Below are positions 1-8,725 of a DNA stretch of 64,000 nt, one piece after another. Position 1 is the first letter of the stretch. Every line of letters begins with the position of its first letter. Location: NCBI GenBank assembly GCA_964012805.1, contig CAXGUD010000018.1:1-64000 (forward strand), given 5' to 3'. The stretch comes from an uncultured Bacteriovoracaceae bacterium. GTDB taxonomy: Bacteria > Bdellovibrionota > Bacteriovoracia > Bacteriovoracales > Bacteriovoracaceae. The notes below the pieces were generated by a model. The model made no database searches. It was not told the DNA's origin and was given only the letters and a program-made list of their open reading frames with translations. The translations under genes were made by a program, and so were the position numbers.

Positions 1-129
1 TCTTACCACAGGAAGATATTAAAGAGGAAGGAGCTATGTATCGTGAATTTCCATCATGCCTATTAATGCATTGAGTATTTGGAAGCTTCTTTTTTTTTGG
101 AACTTAGCTGAAAAAAAATAGTTTTGTTT

Positions 130-573
130 TTATAAAGACTTAAAAAACTTTTTGTAGGCTGGTTTTCGGAGATAAAACTGAAAATAAAGCATTGGGTAGA
201 TCGCATGGTCGAGGATAGCATTTCCAGAAGAAAACTCTATGTCATCATGGATTTCTGTAAGATTTTCATCAACCTTTTTGACACGATGAATATGCTTCCA
301 ATAGGTGAGAGGGGGAGGGAGGAGGTGTCCTTCATCAATGAAGAGGTTTTCCTCATCACTCTCAGAGTTTTCGGTTATATGGCTGATCCATTTCATTGAA
401 ATTGGACCAAGTCCAATAGCTAAGTGTATTTCATCCCCCTTCTTGCAACCATCAAAACGCTCAACTTCTAAGTTGAGAAGAGGCGGTTTTAAAAATTTAA
501 AAAGATCTACATCAAATTTTGAGAAAACAAAATTGTAGTTTTTCTCAATGGGTGTTTTAATCAGTATTTTCAT
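130..573 (-). CDS. SRPBCC (START-like) family protein
   Basis: 147 aa; pattern PP..W.S.ITE..FIDEG..LP.PL.YWKHIH..T.I.D.I.F is typical of small SRPBCC proteins. Confidence 0.7.
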   Translation of the reverse strand: MKILIKTPIEKNYNFVFSKFDVDLFKFLKPPLLNLEVERFDGCKKGDEIHLAIGLGPISMKWISHITENSESDEENLFIDEGHLLPPPLTYWKHIHRVKKVDENLTEIHDDIEFSSGNAILDHAIYPMLYFQFYLRKPAYKKFFKSL

Positions 574-629
574 TCTTCTATCATAGCCTTTTATTTAAGA
601 AAAAACATCCACTTTAAAGTTGGAAAAAT

Positions 630-3104
630 TTAAGACAATTCGGCAGTGTCAAAGTGAAGTTTTTCCATCTCTTTGAAAGGAATAATTAACTTTTGGTTTA
701 AATCAGTTTCGTTTAACTTCTCCTGAGGAGGCATCTGCTTAAAAAGGTTTGCAAGCGTTGAAAATGTCTTGGATGCCTCAATTTTGTTGCTTGCCTTTAA
801 AAGTAGAGAAATAAACTTTGTTTTTTGCTGAACAAGGGCCATGAATTGATCAAAGCCCTCATGGTTTTTGGCCTGTTGAGCAATCCTCGCGAGGGTTTCT
901 TTGTTTATTTCACTTGTATTTTTAACTTGAAATGCTTTTTCAAAAATTGAGTTTAAACTCTTGTTCAAATTATGGACTTTGTCTTTTATAATCTTATCAA
1001 AAGGCATATCAAACTTTACTGGATAGAAGAGTTTAACGACATTTCCATAAACAACAAGGTATTCAACGACATCATTTATCTTGTCTGTAACTTCTATTTG
1101 GTAATTTAAGTTATCCTCAAGTTCTTTCCTTCCATACTCCTTCTCTCCAAGAAGAGACGTGTAATCAAAGTCAGCCGTTTTAATGTGAATTCTCTCGTTT
1201 AAAAGAGGCATTAATTCAACATCTTTTATAATTTTTTCAATTGTTTTTTTATAACTTTTTAAAAAATAATCATTTTGAACGCTATCCTTTTTTTCTGTGA
1301 GGAGGTCTGATAGAGATTGAATGCCCGATTGAATAGAAGAACTTAAGGCATTCACAAGTTGTTTTTTATTTTCAATTGTTAAAACCTCTTTAATGAAGTT
1401 GTAACTTAATTGATCATTCTTGGCCTCTGAATAAAATTTTTCAAATTCTGTAATATCTTCAACAATAAACATAAGTCTTTGAACAAGACCATTATGATCA
1501 TAAAGGGGTGTATAAGATATTTTTAATGACCTCCCTTCAGGTCTTTCGCTATCACTTAAAACAATATTTTGAAGAAAATTGGCTTCGATAAAAGAATAGT
1601 TAAGTTCATCATCTCCAAAAACTGCCTCAAAGTATCCAGACATTTCCTCATATCTACGGCTTCCTTTTTCTATGGGAATAAAAAGAAAGTCAAAGACGTT
1701 TAATCCTTCGATGTCTCTTTTGAAGAGAGTATGGGAGTATTGAGAAAATGGGGCCACAACTTGTAGGTCTTTTGTAACTGAAAAGATAGAGCTTTCCAGA
1801 TTATTTAAAAGCGTTGATATCTCTTTTGTTCTTTCTTTGACCTTTTCCTCGAGTTCAACATTGAGTTTCTCTACTAACCCGAATGCTAGAGAAAATTTCT
1901 TAGAAATAATATAGCTTTGAATAAAAATAAAAATACTAGTTGTAAAATGTGATAGGTCATTTCTTGCTACAATAATATCCCAAACGACACCGATTCCTAA
2001 AAGGAAAATACCTAGAAGACAAATCTTCGCAAAGGGAGTTTTTTGAATGGTTGCCCTGGTGATTTGAGTGAGAAGGTAAATGACGGATAAAATAAGAACA
2101 ATTTGAAAAAAATCTTGAATTTCAGTGAATATATGAACAGGGGTTAAGATAATAATTAAAACACCTACAAGCGTGGTACGCCAAAGCCATTTTAGGACGG
2201 GGGTATGAATATGATCTGTAAAAAGGTATTTTAAAAAATTAATAAAAACAGGCGCTGACAAAATAAAAGTCATGTACCTGATTTTGTAATTGACGTTAAA
2301 GGCAAGAGTACTTGGTGCTGAGAAAAAGATTGACTCATAGAGAGACTCTAGGGATAAAGTCCTTACCATTAAAAGAAAACAAAAGAGAGCAAACCAAAGG
2401 CTTTCTTTATCTTCCCTTCTTTGAAAAAATATAATGAAATGATTCACACAAATAATCAGAAAGAGAAAAAGAAAAAAGAAAAATTGATAGTTTTCAGTTT
2501 TGAGTTGGTTTTGGATTTTTGTTTTAAGACCTAGTCTTGGTAATTTATTGAGACCACCTTTTTTGTGATGAAAGTTAGCAAGGTGGATAAAAATGGTGAA
2601 TGAAGAATCTTTAACTTTAAAACTTTTAACGAACTGTCCATACTCAGGAATGGAATCTTCTTTCTTTGGCCCGACTTTTCCTTTTCCGCCGAGAGATTTA
2701 ACTTCATCTCTTTGAGCAATAAAAACTTGAAATGATGAGGAAATATCTTTTAAAGTGAGAGTTAATTCAGTTTCTTTTGGAGCACCTTTAACATTAAGTA
2801 TGAATGTTCCGTAACCAAATCTTGGTAAAGATCCATTTCTTTTATCGGTCCAATGTCCGGGGGCTTTGAAGAAGGTGCCTGATTGCAATAATTCATTATT
2901 TTTTAAATCTTGTGGAGATAAAAGTTTATTCCAATAAAAAATCCATTCCCCCTTTAATGGAATGAACCCTTTTTTCGTGAAGGCAGTGGTATTAAGGTCT
3001 ATGAAAGCTTTTTGTAACTTGGAATGGGCAACTTTGGGGACATGTAAAAGTATAAAAAATAAGAGAGGGAAAAAAAGTTTTCTAGCAATCATTTTTGTCC
3101 ACAA
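630..3104 (-). CDS. 7TM-DISM membrane sensor with PAS-like domain and no recognisable catalytic output
   Basis: Signal peptide; LKGEWIFYWNKLL and GYGTF..ANFHHKKGG (7TM-DISM extracellular domain); about 7 hydrophobic helices; LEEKVKERT coiled coil; PAS-like segment ending MFIVEDIT. Confidence 0.75.
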   Translation of the reverse strand: MWTKMIARKLFFPLLFFILLHVPKVAHSKLQKAFIDLNTTAFTKKGFIPLKGEWIFYWNKLLSPQDLKNNELLQSGTFFKAPGHWTDKRNGSLPRFGYGTFILNVKGAPKETELTLTLKDISSSFQVFIAQRDEVKSLGGKGKVGPKKEDSIPEYGQFVKSFKVKDSSFTIFIHLANFHHKKGGLNKLPRLGLKTKIQNQLKTENYQFFFFLFLFLIICVNHFIIFFQRREDKESLWFALFCFLLMVRTLSLESLYESIFFSAPSTLAFNVNYKIRYMTFILSAPVFINFLKYLFTDHIHTPVLKWLWRTTLVGVLIIILTPVHIFTEIQDFFQIVLILSVIYLLTQITRATIQKTPFAKICLLGIFLLGIGVVWDIIVARNDLSHFTTSIFIFIQSYIISKKFSLAFGLVEKLNVELEEKVKERTKEISTLLNNLESSIFSVTKDLQVVAPFSQYSHTLFKRDIEGLNVFDFLFIPIEKGSRRYEEMSGYFEAVFGDDELNYSFIEANFLQNIVLSDSERPEGRSLKISYTPLYDHNGLVQRLMFIVEDITEFEKFYSEAKNDQLSYNFIKEVLTIENKKQLVNALSSSIQSGIQSLSDLLTEKKDSVQNDYFLKSYKKTIEKIIKDVELMPLLNERIHIKTADFDYTSLLGEKEYGRKELEDNLNYQIEVTDKINDVVEYLVVYGNVVKLFYPVKFDMPFDKIIKDKVHNLNKSLNSIFEKAFQVKNTSEINKETLARIAQQAKNHEGFDQFMALVQQKTKFISLLLKASNKIEASKTFSTLANLFKQMPPQEKLNETDLNQKLIIPFKEMEKLHFDTAELS

Positions 3105-3247
3105 GCTTTATAATTTTTTTATATAACATTTTAAGATTAATCGAAGCTCATCTCAATGTCGATTTTAATTAGATGGTAATCTTATAATGATCTTTTCTAG
3201 GACCATTAGCAGTGCTATAGTTACAAAAAATAAAAACGGGGAAAAAC

Positions 3248-4276
3248 ATGGTGGGAAGTGGTCCAAAAAAGTTTGAGGGTGACCAGTCATCTGATTTATT
3301 AAATATTCGTCATAATTACCAAAGAAAAGCTGCCATCGCTTGGGGGAAGGCAACTGATCATGCCGGCAGGGTTTATATCAAACCCATGGAGCACTTCAAT
3401 CTCAATAAAACTATTTTTTCGACATTAGAAAGTAAACTTTCACGGGCCTTGATCCAGTCAAAAATTGCTAAGGATATTTTCTGGGATGAAAAAACCTCAT
3501 CAGACATTGAAAAAGATTTTCAAAAGGTCAAAAAAGAGGTCCAGATACCCAAAGTTAAAGATGAGCTCATTCAATTTCTATATGATGAATGCGATTTTAG
3601 TTCAGAGCATGCTGACGGTAGTTTTTTAGAGCATCTTCTCTTTTGTTACGAATATTCAGCTGTTCACTTTCCAGAGCAACCTCCTCTTGTAATGCTTTTG
3701 CATTCTATTTTAGGAACTGGAACCAATACTTGGGCCATGCCTAAAGAAAAAATACCTCAGTTGCAAAAGCTTGTGACTGAAAAGGAAATGCTTCATATAG
3801 AGGCTTTTCCTTCATTCTTAAGGCTCCTTTATTTGCCTGACTTTTTAGGGACGTTATTGAGAAACCTCCCGCGTTTAGACAAATTAAAGAGCGTCTCCTT
3901 CCACAGAGTTATTGATAATAAATCATTGACGATTGACGCCGAGAACTTTTGGATTCAGCTTAATTATCAACTTATTCATTATATCGATTTTCTTCCTGCG
4001 GCCAATTGGTCTTTTCACTTTTCCGATACCTTTATTCAAAACTTTGCCGAGTTGTCGCGATTTTTAGATAAAGTGAACAAAAGAATGGCAAAAGTCATTT
4101 TTCCAATACCTTCCTTCAATCTCAATTCAGTTGTGCAGGAAGATCTTTCTGTAGAGTCGCGATTAGCAGTTCTTATCCCGGGCAGGTTAAAAAAAGAAGC
4201 CGCGGTGAAGTCTATTAAAAACTTTTCAAAAAGAATTGGTCATAGTTTGGATTTTTCTTTTTCCTGGACTTCATGA
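3248..4276 (+). CDS. Hypothetical protein, DUF6817-like HD-related domain
   Basis: EHADGSFLEHL..LLHSILGT resembles the H..S.L.HL..LxHSxYGT pattern; GGGG SD-like element upstream. Confidence 0.5.
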   Translation: MVGSGPKKFEGDQSSDLLNIRHNYQRKAAIAWGKATDHAGRVYIKPMEHFNLNKTIFSTLESKLSRALIQSKIAKDIFWDEKTSSDIEKDFQKVKKEVQIPKVKDELIQFLYDECDFSSEHADGSFLEHLLFCYEYSAVHFPEQPPLVMLLHSILGTGTNTWAMPKEKIPQLQKLVTEKEMLHIEAFPSFLRLLYLPDFLGTLLRNLPRLDKLKSVSFHRVIDNKSLTIDAENFWIQLNYQLIHYIDFLPAANWSFHFSDTFIQNFAELSRFLDKVNKRMAKVIFPIPSFNLNSVVQEDLSVESRLAVLIPGRLKKEAAVKSIKNFSKRIGHSLDFSFSWTS

Positions 4277-4352
4277 ACTTGATTTTTTTCAAATAAATAA
4301 GAACTAGACTTGTTTGGTCTTTTAGAAAAAAATAAGGGAAGGAGGGAAATTT

Positions 4353-5243
4353 ATGACAGGATCTAAGTTCTTTTTATTACTCTTTTACTCTTTTTTATTT
4401 TCTAAAGCAGTCTATCCCCAGATTGATATGGAAAGTGATGGGTCTGTTTCAAAAAATGGAGAGGTCCCCGCTTCCAAAAAGAAACTTTATTTTGTTATTG
4501 GTGAGTATCCACCTTACGCCTCAGCATTTCAAAAAAATCAGGGCATTTCCATTTATCTTGTAAAAGAGGCCTTCAAAAGAGTAGGGCAAGAAATAGAAGT
4601 CGATTTCCTTCCATGGAGTTTAAGTCTTATCGAAGCCAAAAAAGGACAAACCTTTAATGGGTCTCTTTTGTGGAGCAAGACTCCAAAAAGGGAGGAAGAT
4701 TTTCTCTTTAGTGATGTTGTTCTCGAGCAGATTGTCGTTTTTTTTCATAGAAAGAAAGAGGAATTTAAGTGGAAAAAGTTTAAGGACTTAAAAGGAAAAG
4801 CGATTGGCACAACAATGGGTTATAGTTACGGGACTAAAATGGACCTTATTATAAAAAAAGGCCTTTTAAAAACGGTTCCAACGGCGGAAATCATCTCAAA
4901 TTTAAGAAGGCTTATTAAAGGAAGCATTGACCTTTTTCCAGTAGAGCCAACGATTGCTAAATACTATTTAAAAAAAATAGGTGAAAAAGACCCCATTAGT
5001 GCAAACCTTTTAGCGTTTCATAAAAAGCCTGTCCACTATTATAAGCTTCACCTTATTTTAAATAAAACGAAAGAAGGCAATAAGGAAATTATTGAGACTT
5101 TTAATAAAGGTCTTAAATCTTTAAAGGAACTGTTGGGAGATCATACTGTAACAAGGCCTTGCCTGAGTCTCGCTAAAGGTGTTGAGGCTAAAAGTGAAGA
5201 AGCAGAGAAGCATCTAAAATATATAAAAGAGCTGTGCCCCTAA
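4353..5243 (+). CDS. Periplasmic solute-binding protein (SBP_bac_3-like)
   Basis: Signal peptide; EYPPY, F.PW, KTPKRE..F.FSD, DLKGK.IG...GYSYG motifs; GGAGG SD. Confidence 0.8.
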   Translation: MTGSKFFLLLFYSFLFSKAVYPQIDMESDGSVSKNGEVPASKKKLYFVIGEYPPYASAFQKNQGISIYLVKEAFKRVGQEIEVDFLPWSLSLIEAKKGQTFNGSLLWSKTPKREEDFLFSDVVLEQIVVFFHRKKEEFKWKKFKDLKGKAIGTTMGYSYGTKMDLIIKKGLLKTVPTAEIISNLRRLIKGSIDLFPVEPTIAKYYLKKIGEKDPISANLLAFHKKPVHYYKLHLILNKTKEGNKEIIETFNKGLKSLKELLGDHTVTRPCLSLAKGVEAKSEEAEKHLKYIKELCP

Positions 5244-5281
5244 CGGTATTTTTAATTTGAACAAAACTAGTATAATGTTAA

Positions 5282-6649
5282 CTAACCTTTGAAAGATTTA
5301 ACAAAACCCTGGTAGGCTTTTCTGAAGTTTCCTTTCCCAAAGTGCTCTTTCAGCTCTATATTGATGCTTTGGAGTGTCTCTGAAGTCATAGGTTCTGTTA
5401 AGAGCCTGTGAGCGAAATGATGGGCAATTATAAAAACACATGAAAGAGGGGCAATCTTTAAATGATTGATTCCTCTTGGAAAGCCTTTTCCTGACGGTCT
5501 TTCATGGTGCTCCATAATAATAGTTCTTGAATCAGCAGCAAAGTCATCAACCTTTTCAAGGAGCTCTATGGTTTTGTGTGGGTGGTTTTCAACAAGTTTC
5601 TTTTGGTCTGGTTTGAGTTTTTGGAAGGGTTCACCGTTTAGGTCAACAATTTTTGCAAGGTTTTCGTTCTCAAGGGATAGGTCTTGCAAAAGTGCACTCA
5701 TGGTCAGTTTTTTATAACTTGAAGGTGACCCATAGTCAGTTTTTTCAGCGATGGCCACACTTAGGTAATTTGTCAGCATACTTAGTTGATAAATATAGTT
5801 TTTCCTTAAAAGGAGTTTGCTTATAAGCCCTGATATACTTTTATTCTTTTTGATTGAGTTTACAGTTGTGTCCATTGACTTATCAGCAAGAGTGACCGCT
5901 ATTTCACTCATGCCCAAATCTCTAAGTCCCCTATGAATACTGTCAACTGAATGGACTTGAAACTCTAATTTTTCTTTCATTCCAACTTTTTTGTTTGAAA
6001 GTTTACTTAGAATCTTCTTACTCGCAGACTTTAAAAACTTTTGGTATTCAGTTGTTTCAATAAAAAGAAACTTAACGCCTTTTTTTATGTACTTTCTGAC
6101 TGTTTCTTCAGGAAATTTATCATCATTCCTTAAAATTTTGACATACTTTGTATCACTAAGTTTTATGTAAGCGGCGACTAGGACTTCGTTAAACATGAGG
6201 AAGCGTTCGATTGCAATTTTTCTGTACCGTGAGCTACCGTCTGAAAGTCTATTTCCAGAGTAATGCTTGATAGGCCCTAAAAAGTCCTCTCTTTCAAAAG
6301 GCTTTGCAATAAAAGCAGGAGGATTTTCTTTAAAGAGGTCTGCAAAAAGAGGGTTACTCTTAAAAGTATCGATATCGTCTCCAGCAATCAAAATAAAGGA
6401 GATTGTTGGCTTGTCCTTTTTTATGAATTCGTAGAGGTCTCCGCCAGTACCTTCCCCCATATTGTAATCAGAGATGACGGTAACGATATCATTGTGTTGG
6501 TTCAAAATAGAGATGGCATCTTGAACACTCGAAGCCGTAATGATGGGGTTTTCCCATTCAGCTTCAGCATGCATCGCCATTACAGCTGCGTTGCTTTCGC
6601 TATCATCTACAATGAGGATTTTCCCCTGGCCCATCAGACAAAACTCCAA
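5282..6649 (-). CDS. Receiver domain + degenerate HD-GYP domain protein
   Basis: N-terminal ILIVDD..ISDYNM..KPF receiver; C-terminal LLQD, HP, HHERPSGKGFPRG. Confidence 0.8.
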   Translation of the reverse strand: MEFCLMGQGKILIVDDSESNAAVMAMHAEAEWENPIITASSVQDAISILNQHNDIVTVISDYNMGEGTGGDLYEFIKKDKPTISFILIAGDDIDTFKSNPLFADLFKENPPAFIAKPFEREDFLGPIKHYSGNRLSDGSSRYRKIAIERFLMFNEVLVAAYIKLSDTKYVKILRNDDKFPEETVRKYIKKGVKFLFIETTEYQKFLKSASKKILSKLSNKKVGMKEKLEFQVHSVDSIHRGLRDLGMSEIAVTLADKSMDTTVNSIKKNKSISGLISKLLLRKNYIYQLSMLTNYLSVAIAEKTDYGSPSSYKKLTMSALLQDLSLENENLAKIVDLNGEPFQKLKPDQKKLVENHPHKTIELLEKVDDFAADSRTIIMEHHERPSGKGFPRGINHLKIAPLSCVFIIAHHFAHRLLTEPMTSETLQSINIELKEHFGKGNFRKAYQGFVKSFKG

Positions 6650-6701
6650 ACACTATTTTATATTTTGACCTAGTGTGTATAACCGACTATCCATGTCCCT
6701 T

Positions 6702-6728
6702 CTATCGGAAAAAGTGTGACAAGAATAA
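6702..6728 (-). promoter_or_regulatory. Putative sigma28 (FliA)-type promoter of the REC-HD-GYP gene
   Basis: TTAT-N15-TCCGATAG on minus strand (consensus TAAA-N15-GCCGATAA). Confidence 0.45.
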
Positions 6729-6918
6729 AGGCAAATTTTACCTTTTCTCTACTTAATTTAGACTTCCAACAAAATAAGGTTAAGGCCTTAAACTAAATTG
6801 ATTTTTTGAACCAATATATTTATTATCAACTTTTGATAAGAAACAAAATTAATTAAGTATTTTTAAATAAGGGCTTTTGGTAAACAAAATTTAATAACGA
6901 TTAAAAAGGGTAGGCTTT

Positions 6919-7608
6919 ATGGAAATTTTTTCTCAGGGTGGTGCAGAAATTTTTGGGCGTTGGGTCCATTATTTTGCAGGTGTTGCTTGGATTGGAATGC
7001 TGTGGTTTTTTAATTTTGTTCAAGGTGGATGGTTTAAGTCTACTGATGCGACGACTAAAGACAACGCTGTTAAGGAAATGGTTCCAAATGCACTTTGGTG
7101 GTTTAGGTTTGGAGCTTTATGGACTTGGATTTCTGGTATGTATCTTCTTTGGCACCGTGCTGACCAAATTGGAATGGCCAACCTTGGTAATTCCTCTTGG
7201 ACCGTATGGATCCTCTTAGGAAGTTTAATGGGGACTTTTATGTTCCTTAATGTTTGGCTCATTATTTGGCCTGCTCAGAAAATTATAATTGGAAAGGCCA
7301 ACGGACAAGATTTGGGTGATGCAGCAGCAGCTGCGGCAAGGGCAGGAGTTGCTTCAAGAACAAACACACTTTTTTCAATTCCACTTCTTTTCATGATGGG
7401 TGCAGCATCGCACTTTACTATTTCCGTTAGAGAAACAGGAATTTGGCCAGCCTTTTTAGTGTGCTCTGCGTTAATTGTTTTGATTGAGATTAATGCAGCA
7501 TTTGGTCCAAAGAAAATGGGTCCGATGACATCGGTTAAAGGCGTTGTGACGAGTGGTTGCGTCCTTCTCCTTGTTCAATACCTCATTGTTGATATAATGT
7601 GTAAATAA
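6919..7608 (+). CDS. PuuD-like (Urate_ox_N) integral membrane protein without a fused cytochrome c
   Basis: RWVHYFAGVAWIGMLWFFNFVQ, ALWWFR, MFLNVWLIIWPAQK and SRTNT..SIPLLFMM motifs. Confidence 0.75.
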   Translation: MEIFSQGGAEIFGRWVHYFAGVAWIGMLWFFNFVQGGWFKSTDATTKDNAVKEMVPNALWWFRFGALWTWISGMYLLWHRADQIGMANLGNSSWTVWILLGSLMGTFMFLNVWLIIWPAQKIIIGKANGQDLGDAAAAAARAGVASRTNTLFSIPLLFMMGAASHFTISVRETGIWPAFLVCSALIVLIEINAAFGPKKMGPMTSVKGVVTSGCVLLLVQYLIVDIMCK

Positions 7609-7622
7609 GTAAGGAAGATTTT

Positions 7623-8000
7623 TTGATGATAAATCACTTATTGATAAAAAAAGCCTGGAGTTTTTTCCAGGCTTTTCTTTTAATGGGATTACTAGCTTCT
7701 CTAACGGGTTGCAAAGGCTCTAAAAAAGAGCAGTCTTGGACTCCAGAGCAAAAAAAACTCTATTCTAAAGGTAAGGGTGTTTATTTCTCCGTTTGTATTT
7801 CATGTCATAACGCTAACCCAAAACTAGCGGGGGCCGTAGGCCCAGATGTTTATGGATCTTCAATGGAGTTACTAACCCATAGAGTTTTGCTGGGTAAGTA
7901 TCCAGAAGGCTATAAGCCAAAAAGAGTCGGCCAGCAAATGCCAGTCTTTGAAGACCTCAAAAATGATATCCCGGCCCTTCACTTTTATTTAAATAACTAA
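7623..8000 (+). CDS. Monoheme cytochrome c lipoprotein
   Basis: Lipobox LTGC, CISCH heme motif, distal QMP; AAGGAAG upstream. Confidence 0.85.
   Translation: MMINHLLIKKAWSFFQAFLLMGLLASLTGCKGSKKEQSWTPEQKKLYSKGKGVYFSVCISCHNANPKLAGAVGPDVYGSSMELLTHRVLLGKYPEGYKPKRVGQQMPVFEDLKNDIPALHFYLNN
7649..7681 (+). terminator. Intrinsic terminator-like hairpin overlapping the cytochrome c signal-peptide codons
   Basis: AAAAGCCTGGA-GTTTTT-TCCAGGCTTTT then CTTTT; A-run on the 5' side gives a bidirectional form. Confidence 0.6.
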
Positions 8001-8725
8001 GAAATACTTTCAACTGTTTGTTGGAGCGCCTCTGTAAAATCCCTTCGCATTTTTTTGGCGTAGGGGTTGTACCGGTTCATATCCTGAAAGAGTTGAGGAC
8101 TGTCATTACCAACATGCTTTAAGATGGTGAGGAGGCTTTGGTAGCCCTTCGTTTCAATATCAAGCTTTTCTGCTCCAAAGTGAATGAGTGTTCTTCCAAT
8201 GAAGTGGGTTAGAATTAAAGAACGGCTAATCTCTTCGTCATGCTCCTTGGCCGTTTTGGTAAGGAGGGTAAGGCCTAGGCCTTCAAGATAATGGGTCACT
8301 TTTTTCAAGCACTCTTCAGAAATTCTCTCAGGGCATAAAACCACTTTATGATTTTTGAAATTTTCTTTGACGCTATCAGGGCCAAACATAGGGTGAGTCC
8401 CTAAAATATTGATTGTACTTGGTAGACCTTCCTTCATAAGGGCCAAAGGCCATTCTTTAACTGAACAAACATCAATAACAATGACCTCTTTATTTAAGTG
8501 AGGTTTGATCCAATCGATAATTTTTGGGAGCGTTGATATGGGAGTTGCAAGGACAACGGCTTGGCAGCTACTAAGCTCTTCAACTTCTCCCCAATGGGCG
8601 CCAAGATTGGTGGCCTTTTCTTTTAAATCGATATTAGAGTCTAGAATAATAAGTTCAAAGTCTTTAGCAAGGGTTTTGGCAATCAATTGCCCAAACCGCC
8701 CAAAGCCAACAAGGGCGAGTTTCAT
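7997..8725 (-). CDS. tyrA: Prephenate/arogenate dehydrogenase
   Basis: GFGRFG Rossmann motif, DVCSVK, THPMFGP, EHD. Confidence 0.9.
   Translation of the reverse strand: MKLALVGFGRFGQLIAKTLAKDFELIILDSNIDLKEKATNLGAHWGEVEELSSCQAVVLATPISTLPKIIDWIKPHLNKEVIVIDVCSVKEWPLALMKEGLPSTINILGTHPMFGPDSVKENFKNHKVVLCPERISEECLKKVTHYLEGLGLTLLTKTAKEHDEEISRSLILTHFIGRTLIHFGAEKLDIETKGYQSLLTILKHVGNDSPQLFQDMNRYNPYAKKMRRDFTEALQQTVESIS

Noticed and set aside
3..74. Open frame LPQEDIKEEGAMYREFPSCLLMH at the window start
   Set aside because: Possibly the tail of an upstream gene, but too short to support a call
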